Of a DNA stretch of 64,000 nucleotides, positions 8,517 through 17,225 are shown in pieces; position 1 is the stretch's first letter; each line of letters begins with the position of its first letter. A program made the position numbers and the translations under genes. Source of the stretch: a virus; IMG/VR virus record IMGVR_UViG_3300032163_000001, positions 110,249-174,248 of that record. One strand, written 5' to 3'. The notes under the pieces were generated by a model. It did not search any database, was not told where the DNA came from, and was given only the letters and a program-made list of their open reading frames with translations.

Positions 8517-9362
8517 ATGCAAGCTATAATGCTAGCTGCAGATGGTTCATCTGAACTTAATTGTATTGATAAGGAATATCCTTGTTTCAAAAGAGTGAAA
8601 TTACCTGAATCTTCTTACTACAAAGAAGATCAAGATCAAGATAGTCTTGTAGAAGTAGGAGTTATTCAATACAATCAAGTTGGTAGAATTTCATCAACAA
8701 ATTATTTGTTTGAACCAGAAATTAATAGGGATTCTGATTTAGTAATCTATATAGAAGAAGGAGTAAAGGAGGTGAGTGTAAGAGTGGTTTGTAATAATGA
8801 AACTAGTGATAATTCTTGGAGATATTGGACAAATAATACATACACAGCTTATACGTCAGGTGCATTTGTCCAATGGACAACTGATAGTGCTACAGCTAAT
8901 GTTGGTGGTTGCACTTTGGTATGTCAGAAACAACAACTCCGTCAAGAAACAGAAGAACAGAAGTGTGAAAGATTAGTTAAAGAAGAGGTAGCTAAAGAAG
9001 CAGTTAGAGTAGCAGCTGAAGAGTTGAAGAAAGAACAAAAGAGACTAAAAGAACTAAGAGAACTGTCTGAAAAGAGAGCTCTTGAACTTCTCTTAGATAA
9101 TCTCGATGGTAACCAAAAAGAAATTTATGAGAAGACCGGTGCTATTCCTGTTAAACCCCCTTCGGGTAGGCAGTATCAAATAGATGGTAAAAGTGGAACC
9201 ATATATGAATTGAATAGCGCTGGCAAGAAAATAAGTTCAATTTGTATTCATCCTCAACAAAGCTTTCCTCTTGCAGATTCTATCCTTGCTAAAAAATTAA
9301 TGTTTGAAATATGTGAAGAAGAAGCAAGGAAAATAGGTAATTTTTCTGATTGTAGAGCTTAA
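8517..9362 (+). CDS. Hypothetical protein with C-terminal coiled coil
   Basis: SD GGAGGATAATATG. 281 aa. Confidence 0.45.
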   Translation: MQAIMLAADGSSELNCIDKEYPCFKRVKLPESSYYKEDQDQDSLVEVGVIQYNQVGRISSTNYLFEPEINRDSDLVIYIEEGVKEVSVRVVCNNETSDNSWRYWTNNTYTAYTSGAFVQWTTDSATANVGGCTLVCQKQQLRQETEEQKCERLVKEEVAKEAVRVAAEELKKEQKRLKELRELSEKRALELLLDNLDGNQKEIYEKTGAIPVKPPSGRQYQIDGKSGTIYELNSAGKKISSICIHPQQSFPLADSILAKKLMFEICEEEARKIGNFSDCRA

Positions 9363-9396
9363 ATAAGAACTTAAAAAGAGGATTGTTAATACTAGC

Positions 9397-9478
9397 ACAG
9401 TAGGAATTGATAGCGGAAAATATGAGGGAGGATTTCCTATTGTGCTGTTTTCCTCCAGGTTCCTCCCTCATTTTTTTT
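9397..9478. terminator. Bidirectional terminator between convergent genes (nested hairpins GCACAGTAGGAA...TTCCTATTGTGC and ATGAGGGAGG...CCTCCCTCAT + T-run)
   Basis: Perfect 10-12 bp stems. TTTTTTTT follows on + strand and an A-run precedes. Confidence 0.6.
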
Positions 9479-9482
9479 GTTT

Positions 9483-10577
9483 CTAACACGGTAATTTATT
9501 TATAATCTCTTTATTTATTTTTTGTAATAAGAGTTTCCATTCATCTCTGTTAGAGTTAGTTTTAGCATGAGTAGAATGATTTAACCAGATTAGATTTTCT
9601 CTTGAGTCGTTTTGTTTGTTATAGTCTATGTGATGCAGGTGAGCTTCATCTGTTAACAACTCTTCTGTAATTGGATCTATGTTGTTTTGTTCTTGTTTGA
9701 TTTGACTTCGAAAATCTATGTTGAAGAATTTTTCTGTGTAGGGTGCAAATCTTTGTTCTCTATCTTCTATCCATCGATAGTTGTTTGGTCCAGTTCTTTT
9801 TTCTATAACTTCTGGAATTAGTAGTGGACTTTTATACCCATATTTCTCAAACACCTTTTCTTCAGACTTCTTTCTAACTTCAGGGTTAGACATAGCATGT
9901 TTAACTCCATATCTTTCTAAGTTAGTATTTTCTCTTCTCTCTTTAAACTCTTCAACTTGAGAAGGATTTTCTACTCCATATTTTTGAATACAAGTTTCTT
10001 TCTTCTTTTCTTTAATTTTAGATTCTCTTCCCGGATGTCCTTCTTCATAGTTCTTTTCCCAAGTATTTAAACACCTTTCCATAATATCAGGATTTGACAT
10101 CGCGTGTTTAACTCCATATCTTTCTAGATTAGTATTTTCTCTTTTCTTCTTAAATTCTTCAACCTGAGATGCATTTTTAACTCCATATTTCTCTAAAAAT
10201 GTTTGTTTACTCTTTTCTCTGATTTCTCTCCTCTTCATCGCATTATCCACACCATAGCGTTCTAAGTTCGTTCTTTTTGATTTTAAAGGATTGTTATAGG
10301 CGGGAGTTCCATATTTCTTTATTTTTGCTTCTTTCACTAGATTTTTATGAAATTCACTTTTCTGTACACATTTCCCATGGTATTTAAAGTATCCTCTTTC
10401 CATACAATCGAAGTTAGTAGCCTTTTTGCAAACTTCACAAAAACCTTCGTCATCTTTTTTTAAATATAAATCATAATATTCTTGAACTTTACTATGAAGT
10501 TTTTGAATATGCGTAGATAAGCTTCTTAACAATTCAAAATTCTTGTTACAAATTCTACATACTTTTTCACTAGACAT
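9483..10577 (-). CDS. HNH homing endonuclease with tandem YGV-repeat DNA-binding modules
   Basis: C-terminal HHIDYNKQNDSRENLIWLNHSTH is an HNH motif. Three or more repeats of ExYGVxNxSQVEEFK..RENTNLERYGVKHAMSNP. N-terminal Cys cluster. Confidence 0.65.
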   Translation of the reverse strand: MSSEKVCRICNKNFELLRSLSTHIQKLHSKVQEYYDLYLKKDDEGFCEVCKKATNFDCMERGYFKYHGKCVQKSEFHKNLVKEAKIKKYGTPAYNNPLKSKRTNLERYGVDNAMKRREIREKSKQTFLEKYGVKNASQVEEFKKKRENTNLERYGVKHAMSNPDIMERCLNTWEKNYEEGHPGRESKIKEKKKETCIQKYGVENPSQVEEFKERRENTNLERYGVKHAMSNPEVRKKSEEKVFEKYGYKSPLLIPEVIEKRTGPNNYRWIEDREQRFAPYTEKFFNIDFRSQIKQEQNNIDPITEELLTDEAHLHHIDYNKQNDSRENLIWLNHSTHAKTNSNRDEWKLLLQKINKEIINKLPC

Positions 10578-10671
10578 CGAAAAAAATACCTCTTTACTAT
10601 AGATTTTATTATTTGTTCTATAGTAAAGAGGTTGTAACTAACTAGGGTAGTAGAAATCTATAAGTTATTGA

Positions 10672-12651
10672 TTATTTTATGAAAAAGTTTAATTCTATTT
10701 TTTCGACTACTCTTGTAGGCTGAAGCGTCACGTTGATGTGAAATGTCTTTGTCTTCTTTTCATAATCACTAGCCCCTACTTCTACACTATATGAATAGAG
10801 ACCTCTCTTTTTCTTAAGATTTTCTAAGAATTCAACGATGTTACCAGCAACCATGTTCCAAGTAATTTGGTCATTCATTTCAAAAACGAAGAACCGACAA
10901 TAACGTTCTAGAGCTTTCTTACAATAAAGAACCAATCTTACAATATTTAAATCTTGTAAAGCGCTAGCTTTAGCTTGTGTAGTTAACTGACCCCAAACCA
11001 CATATCCTTCGTTAAATTTAACAATTGGGTTCAGTTGCTTCAAATACATTTGATCTCTTTGACCAAGTGAAGGGTTAAATCTTAGTTCTCTAATAGAATC
11101 GATTGCTGCTCGATTAAAGCCAGCTGCTGCATACCACAACTCTGCTACTGCATCATTTCGAGGTAAAATGTAAGACATATGATAAATTGGAGAGAACCAT
11201 ATATTTTGACCAGTAAACTGATCATAAACTTTGCTATATTCTTCGTACAAAGCACAGAAGTAGTTATTAAAAGTATGTACATCTTGTCTCTTACTCATAG
11301 CAGTAAGATAAGTTGGGTTATCTCCATTGTCCAATATAGCTACACAATCTCTTCTAGTCGTAACTAGACTTGAAATAAAAGTTTTAACCTCAGATGGATA
11401 TCCGCAATCAAACACCATATTAAAATAGACTGTTTCTGTGTCTAGAATTGACTCTACACGATCAGTACCATTTTCTACTGAAATTATTGTTCCAGCATAT
11501 CCTTGAGAAAGTAGTTGAGTAGCTTCCTCTTCAACTAGTTTTCCAGTTCCGTCTTTTAAAGCTCCATCAGAACCTTCCTTTAAAGGAAGTGGATTAAGAC
11601 TATTAAAAGGAGCAGCTATATTTCCATACTCTTTCTTGATATAATAATTTACTCCATAAGAAGCATCAAAATAGTCTATTTCACCGATCCAGCCTTTAAT
11701 TGCAGTAGTTAAATCTTTTTCATTAAAAACGTTGATTTGTGTTTTCTCACCTGAAGCTGTACCTAACCAACCATGAATTTTATTTCCTCTTCCATCAATA
11801 GCTATAATTGCAAAGTTAGCATTTCCAGTTTCAACGGCCGTTTGCCACTGAGTAAAATCTTGTTTTGAATCGCTAATAAAAGCACCACCATTTAGAATGT
11901 TAATATCAACGACTCCAATATTTTTGTCGTATATCTTAACTATATCATAATATCCAGAAGAATAGTCTTCGCTTGTTAAAATCATGTCAGCTCTAAGAAC
12001 TGCTGAATAAGTTTTTAACACATAAACAACCCAAATTGAATCTCCCGAGTTGTCAGTTGCACTTGGATCAAAAGATACTTCAAAAGATTCAATTATAGCT
12101 TCGTCTCCATCTGACTGTTTTTCATAGATGTCCATTACATAAACGCCAAATAGAGTTGGATTAGAATGTTCCAGAAATCTTACACCTAAACCGTTATAAT
12201 ATTCTCCTCTACCAATAGGATAGAAAATACAAATTGGATTAACCTCTCCTACTGTTTCTAAAGCAGTGTTGATATCTGTTTTTGTATTGATCGTATCTTC
12301 ATATTCTATTCTAATAGTAGCAGTTGAATCTGAACCAACCATTTCTGAACTAAATTTAATGTTTGCAAAAGTAGCATCAATTGATAAACATCTCATGAAA
12401 TATAGAGAACCAGATTCTCCCAAATAATTATAAGCACAATACAAACCTTGTCCATAATTCTTACCATATAAATTGATGTCGGGAGATCCCCATTCACTAA
12501 CAAGTTCAGATCTGGAGCCAACAAACTTTAATACGTTATCTTCTCCTTTTTCTGTCAAAGCACAAATTAATCCAGTCGTACCAGGAACTGCTTGTACGTA
12601 TGTGCTCAGATCTATGATTTTAGTATAAACCCCTGGTGAAATGTTCGGCAT
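10672..12651 (-). CDS. Contractile tail sheath protein (gp18-like)
   Basis: N-terminus MPNISPGVYTKIIDLS matches the sheath N-terminal signature (T4 gp18 MTLLSPGIELKE). 659 aa. Confidence 0.75.
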   Translation of the reverse strand: MPNISPGVYTKIIDLSTYVQAVPGTTGLICALTEKGEDNVLKFVGSRSELVSEWGSPDINLYGKNYGQGLYCAYNYLGESGSLYFMRCLSIDATFANIKFSSEMVGSDSTATIRIEYEDTINTKTDINTALETVGEVNPICIFYPIGRGEYYNGLGVRFLEHSNPTLFGVYVMDIYEKQSDGDEAIIESFEVSFDPSATDNSGDSIWVVYVLKTYSAVLRADMILTSEDYSSGYYDIVKIYDKNIGVVDINILNGGAFISDSKQDFTQWQTAVETGNANFAIIAIDGRGNKIHGWLGTASGEKTQINVFNEKDLTTAIKGWIGEIDYFDASYGVNYYIKKEYGNIAAPFNSLNPLPLKEGSDGALKDGTGKLVEEEATQLLSQGYAGTIISVENGTDRVESILDTETVYFNMVFDCGYPSEVKTFISSLVTTRRDCVAILDNGDNPTYLTAMSKRQDVHTFNNYFCALYEEYSKVYDQFTGQNIWFSPIYHMSYILPRNDAVAELWYAAAGFNRAAIDSIRELRFNPSLGQRDQMYLKQLNPIVKFNEGYVVWGQLTTQAKASALQDLNIVRLVLYCKKALERYCRFFVFEMNDQITWNMVAGNIVEFLENLKKKRGLYSYSVEVGASDYEKKTKTFHINVTLQPTRVVEKIELNFFIK

Positions 12652-12752
12652 TGCTTTTTCCTTTTTTTTCTAATTGAATTTTTATATTCTAATTAGAGAT
12701 TCCCTTACTTTCTACTATTCTATAAGACTCCTTTAGTAATTGAGTTTCTTTC

Positions 12753-13406
12753 TTAGCAATAAATGTACCAGACCAAAACGAGTTGTCTAGAAGAATCCTT
12801 GTATACTGAAGGAAAAGTAACTCTAGCAAATAAATGAAAGTCTCCGCTAAAACCACCTTGATTACTAACTGCAGTAAATAGCCCAGCTTCATTAATCTGA
12901 TTATTTATTGCATCTTCCTGACCAATTGTAATTAATATTCTTGCGATTAACCAAGAACTAGCATTATAAGTATCTTGTTCAAAGATCACTTCATCAAATA
13001 AATGTTTATAATATCCCTCAGCTCTGAGATCACCACAATGAATATTATCAGTAGGATGAATCATAATTGGTGTAACAAGATCAGTATTCGTGCTGGATGG
13101 TGGAGATGGATCAAATGGATCACCAAAGATCGTGCCTCCACTGCCGAGTCCTAACCAACAAATAAATTCATCAGTAGTTGGGGGTATTTCTGTATTTTCA
13201 GTGTTAAATATTTTACTAGCAACCCATTCTCTTCCTAAATATACTACTAAATTATCTTTCTCAAAAAGTTTCTTTTTTTCTCCATTAATGATTTCGTACA
13301 TCTCAACTTTTCCACGCAATGGAGATTTTCTATCACAGTTAGAGTTAAAATTATCTTCCATTTCAATTCTATCGCGTATAACTATTACCATATCTTTTTC
13401 TTTCAA
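12753..13406 (-). CDS. Hypothetical structural protein
   Basis: 217-aa ORF in the tail module. No recognisable motif. Confidence 0.4.
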   Translation of the reverse strand: MKEKDMVIVIRDRIEMEDNFNSNCDRKSPLRGKVEMYEIINGEKKKLFEKDNLVVYLGREWVASKIFNTENTEIPPTTDEFICWLGLGSGGTIFGDPFDPSPPSSTNTDLVTPIMIHPTDNIHCGDLRAEGYYKHLFDEVIFEQDTYNASSWLIARILITIGQEDAINNQINEAGLFTAVSNQGGFSGDFHLFARVTFPSVYKDSSRQLVLVWYIYC

Positions 13407-13449
13407 AGGTCTCTCCTAAGAAGGATTTATATTTTGTTCTCTGATCCTT

Positions 13450-14265
13450 TTAAAATAGAGCAGTTCCACATCCTTTACAAAACTTTGCGTCACTTTTAGA
13501 TCTTCTTCCACACGTTGGACACATAAGTTTAGTTTTAGTATGAACCGGTTTCTCTACTTTTTTACCATCTTTACTACCTTGTAATCTAATAATTATAACA
13601 TGAGAGTTTGTTTCTAAAGTTTCAACATTAGCAGGATAAAACACTTGTTCTGATTTAGATCCCGGCACGGTTATTCCATCAACATTGCAATTAAAACAAT
13701 TTACTTGTTCTATATTTTTATTTTGAAGATTATTAGAACAATTAAATGTTACGTCTCCCGGACTTCCAGATGTTAAACCTTTACCAACACTATAATTTCC
13801 GCTTGGTCCATATGATATATAAGGAGAATAAGGAGGCCACCAAGGCCAGTAGTAATAATTCCAATCATGATGGTGATAATGATAATCATTAATAACTTGA
13901 GGTTTAGAGGCTTCGAAAGTATACTGAACTCTGATGAGCCCATCATCTAATCTGTTCCCACGAAAGTTTGAAATCTGTTCTGTTTTCTCAATGAACTTAA
14001 ATTTGTTCACAACTCGAAAATCTTTTAAGAAGCCCTCTAAGGGGGTAGTTGAATTTGGTGTAACAATAATTGAACTATCAGAAACATCTATTCCATCAAT
14101 TGAAATTTTAACTAAAGCAGATCTGGTTTCTAAATTTTTAAGTAGTATTTGGTACTCAGAAGTAAATGGGAGTTTGACTACTGACTCTCCATTTTCATCA
14201 AATGTTTCTCTTAAAATTTTTCCATTACACTTAACTGCAACGACGAAACCTATTTTATGTACCAT
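13450..14265 (-). CDS. Hypothetical protein with aromatic-rich segment and C-terminal zinc ribbon (CPTCG...CKGCG)
   Basis: 271 aa. HYHHHDWNYYYWPWWPPYSPY segment. C-x2-C...C-x2-C at the C-terminus. Confidence 0.45.
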   Translation of the reverse strand: MVHKIGFVVAVKCNGKILRETFDENGESVVKLPFTSEYQILLKNLETRSALVKISIDGIDVSDSSIIVTPNSTTPLEGFLKDFRVVNKFKFIEKTEQISNFRGNRLDDGLIRVQYTFEASKPQVINDYHYHHHDWNYYYWPWWPPYSPYISYGPSGNYSVGKGLTSGSPGDVTFNCSNNLQNKNIEQVNCFNCNVDGITVPGSKSEQVFYPANVETLETNSHVIIIRLQGSKDGKKVEKPVHTKTKLMCPTCGRRSKSDAKFCKGCGTALF

Positions 14266-14333
14266 TGTTTTCCTTCCTTTCTTTAGGCTCTCTTGCTCAA
14301 AGCCTGTTTTAGTTTTAAAGCAAGATAGTTAGG

Positions 14334-14678
14334 TTAATTATACAACTTATGTTCTTTATGGTGGCATTTACTGCAAACACATTTCCAGTTCCACTGTTCT
14401 AAAATTGTAAAGTCTTTAGAAATACAATGCATGTTAAATCTTTTCTGTTTGTGCGTCTTTCTATAATCTTCTAAAGAAATTCTACATCCTTCACAAAATG
14501 GTTTTCCAAAGAACTTTCTTGCTTCTTCATGACAATAATCTTTTAATCCACCTTTCCAATTACAACTGTTTTCTCTACTTATTTTAATCTTAACTTCTGA
14601 TTTATTCATACCTTCTTTTGTTTTCTCACTTATCTTCTTTCTTATCCCTTCAGTTCTTATATAAATTCCCTTTGGCAC
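14334..14678 (-). CDS. Small HNH-family endonuclease (NWKGG-type)
   Basis: NWKGG...CHEEARKFFGKPFCEGC...CSKCHHKEH. Confidence 0.55.
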   Translation of the reverse strand: MPKGIYIRTEGIRKKISEKTKEGMNKSEVKIKISRENSCNWKGGLKDYCHEEARKFFGKPFCEGCRISLEDYRKTHKQKRFNMHCISKDFTILEQWNWKCVCSKCHHKEHKLYN

Positions 14679-14886
14679 TTACTCTTCTCCTTTTTAGAAG
14701 ATGTATAATATTCTGGATTTAAACTAAATCGTTTAGAATCCTTCTATCCTATTTAAGTATATGTTCTTTATACTTTTGACAAACAAAAACTGTTTTAGAA
14801 ATAGACTAAAAACACCAATAAAACGGGTAAAAAACAATTTATAATGGAACAAATATGAAATAAAGATTCCAAGGAAAAAAACCTAT

Positions 14887-16107
14887 ATGAAAAACATAGA
14901 CTATAAAAGAGTCAAGCAGTTTATTATTAAAAATTTCCATGATTTGACTACTCGACAAATGTTTGAAATTGTTAAACAATCTCATGGTTATAATTCTAAC
15001 TTTTCATCTTTTAAAGTATATGTTTCAAGACTAAAAAAGACGGTCATAACAAAGGGTAAGAAAAAAGAATTAGACCCATTTCAAAACAAAGTAATGCAAA
15101 TAATGTCTACTCATAAAGTAATGTCTATTATAGATATTTGTGATATGTTATCGTTTCCCCCTAGTTATGTTTTACAAACTGTATCAACTTTAGCTTCTAA
15201 GGGATGTGAGATTTCTTATGATGATCGTAATATTTACTTTGGAGTTGGGTGTGCTTCTATAGGAAAACCTATAGAAAAACCTCTTGAGGAAGATACTGAA
15301 ATAGTTTTTGGTACTCCATCAGATATACATTTTGGATCAAAAGCTTGTCAAATAACTGCTCTAAATGAATTTTGTGAAATATGCAGAAAACAAGGAGTAA
15401 AATATCAGTTTGTAGCTGGAGATGTCTTTGCAGGATTTAATGTTTACAGAGGTCAAGTTTTTGATTTATATGCTATTTCTTCTGACGAACAAGAAGAATC
15501 TACAATAGTAAATCTACCTGAAGGTTTTGAATGGTATATGCTTGGCGGAAATCATGACTACTCATTTATCAAATCTGGTCCGGGGCATAATCCATTTAAT
15601 GTTCTAACTAGTATAAGAAAAGATACACATTATTGCGGGTTTGATGAAGCAGTTGTACCACTGCTTCCAAATGTAGATTTAAAGATGTGGCATCCTTCTG
15701 GAGGAGTTCCTTATGCTTTATCATATAGGTTACAAAAAGGCATAGAACAAATAGCATTTAGTGAACTACAGAATATTTCTAAATCGTTAAAAGAAAAACC
15801 AACTGTTAGGTTTGTTTTAAGTGGTCATCTGCATATACAAATGCAAGCTATGTTTGGAAGTATTTTTGGAGCTCAAGTAGGAGCATTTGAAGGGACTAAT
15901 AATTTGCTAAAAAGAAAGGGAGTAGTTCCTGCAGTAGGAGGATGGATAATTAAAGCGACTTTAGGGAAAAATAATTTACTAAGATGTTTTGAAACAAAGT
16001 TTCATATGTTTGAGGAAATAGAGAACGACTGGAAAAATTATAAACATTATTTATCTAAAGATGAAAGAGAAAGGAAAGAACCAATTTTTAAACAAGAGAA
16101 AAAATGA
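14887..16107 (+). CDS. Calcineurin-like metallophosphoesterase with a roughly 130-aa N-terminal extension
   Basis: Motifs SDIHFG (D-x-H), VAGDVFAG (GD..D) and GGNHDY (GNH[DE]). Confidence 0.6.
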   Translation: MKNIDYKRVKQFIIKNFHDLTTRQMFEIVKQSHGYNSNFSSFKVYVSRLKKTVITKGKKKELDPFQNKVMQIMSTHKVMSIIDICDMLSFPPSYVLQTVSTLASKGCEISYDDRNIYFGVGCASIGKPIEKPLEEDTEIVFGTPSDIHFGSKACQITALNEFCEICRKQGVKYQFVAGDVFAGFNVYRGQVFDLYAISSDEQEESTIVNLPEGFEWYMLGGNHDYSFIKSGPGHNPFNVLTSIRKDTHYCGFDEAVVPLLPNVDLKMWHPSGGVPYALSYRLQKGIEQIAFSELQNISKSLKEKPTVRFVLSGHLHIQMQAMFGSIFGAQVGAFEGTNNLLKRKGVVPAVGGWIIKATLGKNNLLRCFETKFHMFEEIENDWKNYKHYLSKDERERKEPIFKQEKK

Positions 16108-16115
16108 GTAAGTAT

Positions 16116-17225
16116 TTATACTGGTTCTTCTCTTGACCCTAAGTAACAGCCTTTATTCACTCCACTATGGAACCATTTCATATGTCTCATAAGTTCTTCG
16201 TTAGTAGGACCTTCTTCAGATGGTAAATAAGAAACTTCTATGTAAATTTGAGTACATCTACACTCACCATCATAAAATCGAGACATAACATCTCCAAAAT
16301 ATTGTAGAGCATTAACTCCCTCTCCATTTACCCCATCAACAGTCCAAGTATTCCCGGTTTTTGGATTGTCATACCACAGATTTGCTTCCTCAACATAAGA
16401 AGTCTCAAAAGAATGGGCCCCTGATATATATACATGACCTCCAACTTGTATCGCCAAGTTCACGTAACCTGCATGACCTGTATCTACGCTTCTTACTAAA
16501 GCATAAACCTTAACATAATTAATTAATGAACCTTGCGGTATGTTAAAAGACAAAAACCCATATAAATCTTGAGGATCGAAACTACTAACTTCTATATAAA
16601 GTTGAGAAACGTAATATGTTGTTTCAGGACTATCAACCCCATACCCAAATGTATAGTTAGTATGCAAACTATTTATTTCTTCTGGTGTCCAAGGCTCATT
16701 TGTAAACGGATTTATATTTAGTCCCCAGCAAGTTGTTTCCCAATACTCATTGACTGGAAGATACTGTAACATATTACCAAGTCTTACATAAAATTTATCA
16801 CTATTTGATCCAGATAACTGTTGAGCCCGAACATAAATTTTAACAGACTCAATTACTCTATTAATAGGTATATTAAAACTTCCCATTGTAAATTCATCTG
16901 TACCTGCAGAGTCTGTATAATTATAATCATAATCCTCTTCAGGATATTCATTTATAGTTTCATATAGGTAAGATCCTTCTGACGGAGTCCAAGCAACATA
17001 TAAATCAGAAATTGGAAACTGTCGTTGCGTATAGAATGGTTCAGTTATACCGTTTATATAACAATAAGTAGCATCCCCATCGTGATTTCCTATCGGATCA
17101 TCCACAAGAGCATAATTGTAGTTTCCACCAGATCGGAGTTGTATAACATTAACATCAGATGTTGGAACTCTATTTTGAATTTCCATAGTATTATCCCAAC
17201 CAGCAACCTTTATTTTCTCCACCAT
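16116..17225 (-). CDS. Tail fibre/receptor-binding candidate carrying the conserved C-terminal ELMRHMKWFHSGVNKGCYLG motif
   Basis: 369 aa, Tyr/Asn-rich. C-terminal motif is shared with the upstream 824-aa gene. Confidence 0.5.
   Translation of the reverse strand: MVEKIKVAGWDNTMEIQNRVPTSDVNVIQLRSGGNYNYALVDDPIGNHDGDATYCYINGITEPFYTQRQFPISDLYVAWTPSEGSYLYETINEYPEEDYDYNYTDSAGTDEFTMGSFNIPINRVIESVKIYVRAQQLSGSNSDKFYVRLGNMLQYLPVNEYWETTCWGLNINPFTNEPWTPEEINSLHTNYTFGYGVDSPETTYYVSQLYIEVSSFDPQDLYGFLSFNIPQGSLINYVKVYALVRSVDTGHAGYVNLAIQVGGHVYISGAHSFETSYVEEANLWYDNPKTGNTWTVDGVNGEGVNALQYFGDVMSRFYDGECRCTQIYIEVSYLPSEEGPTNEELMRHMKWFHSGVNKGCYLGSREEPV

Noticed and set aside
12689-12892. 67-aa minus-strand ORF overlapping the 3' end of the 12753-13406 gene
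   Set aside because: It has an overlapping frame, no RBS and is hydrophobic low-complexity, so it is likely spurious.
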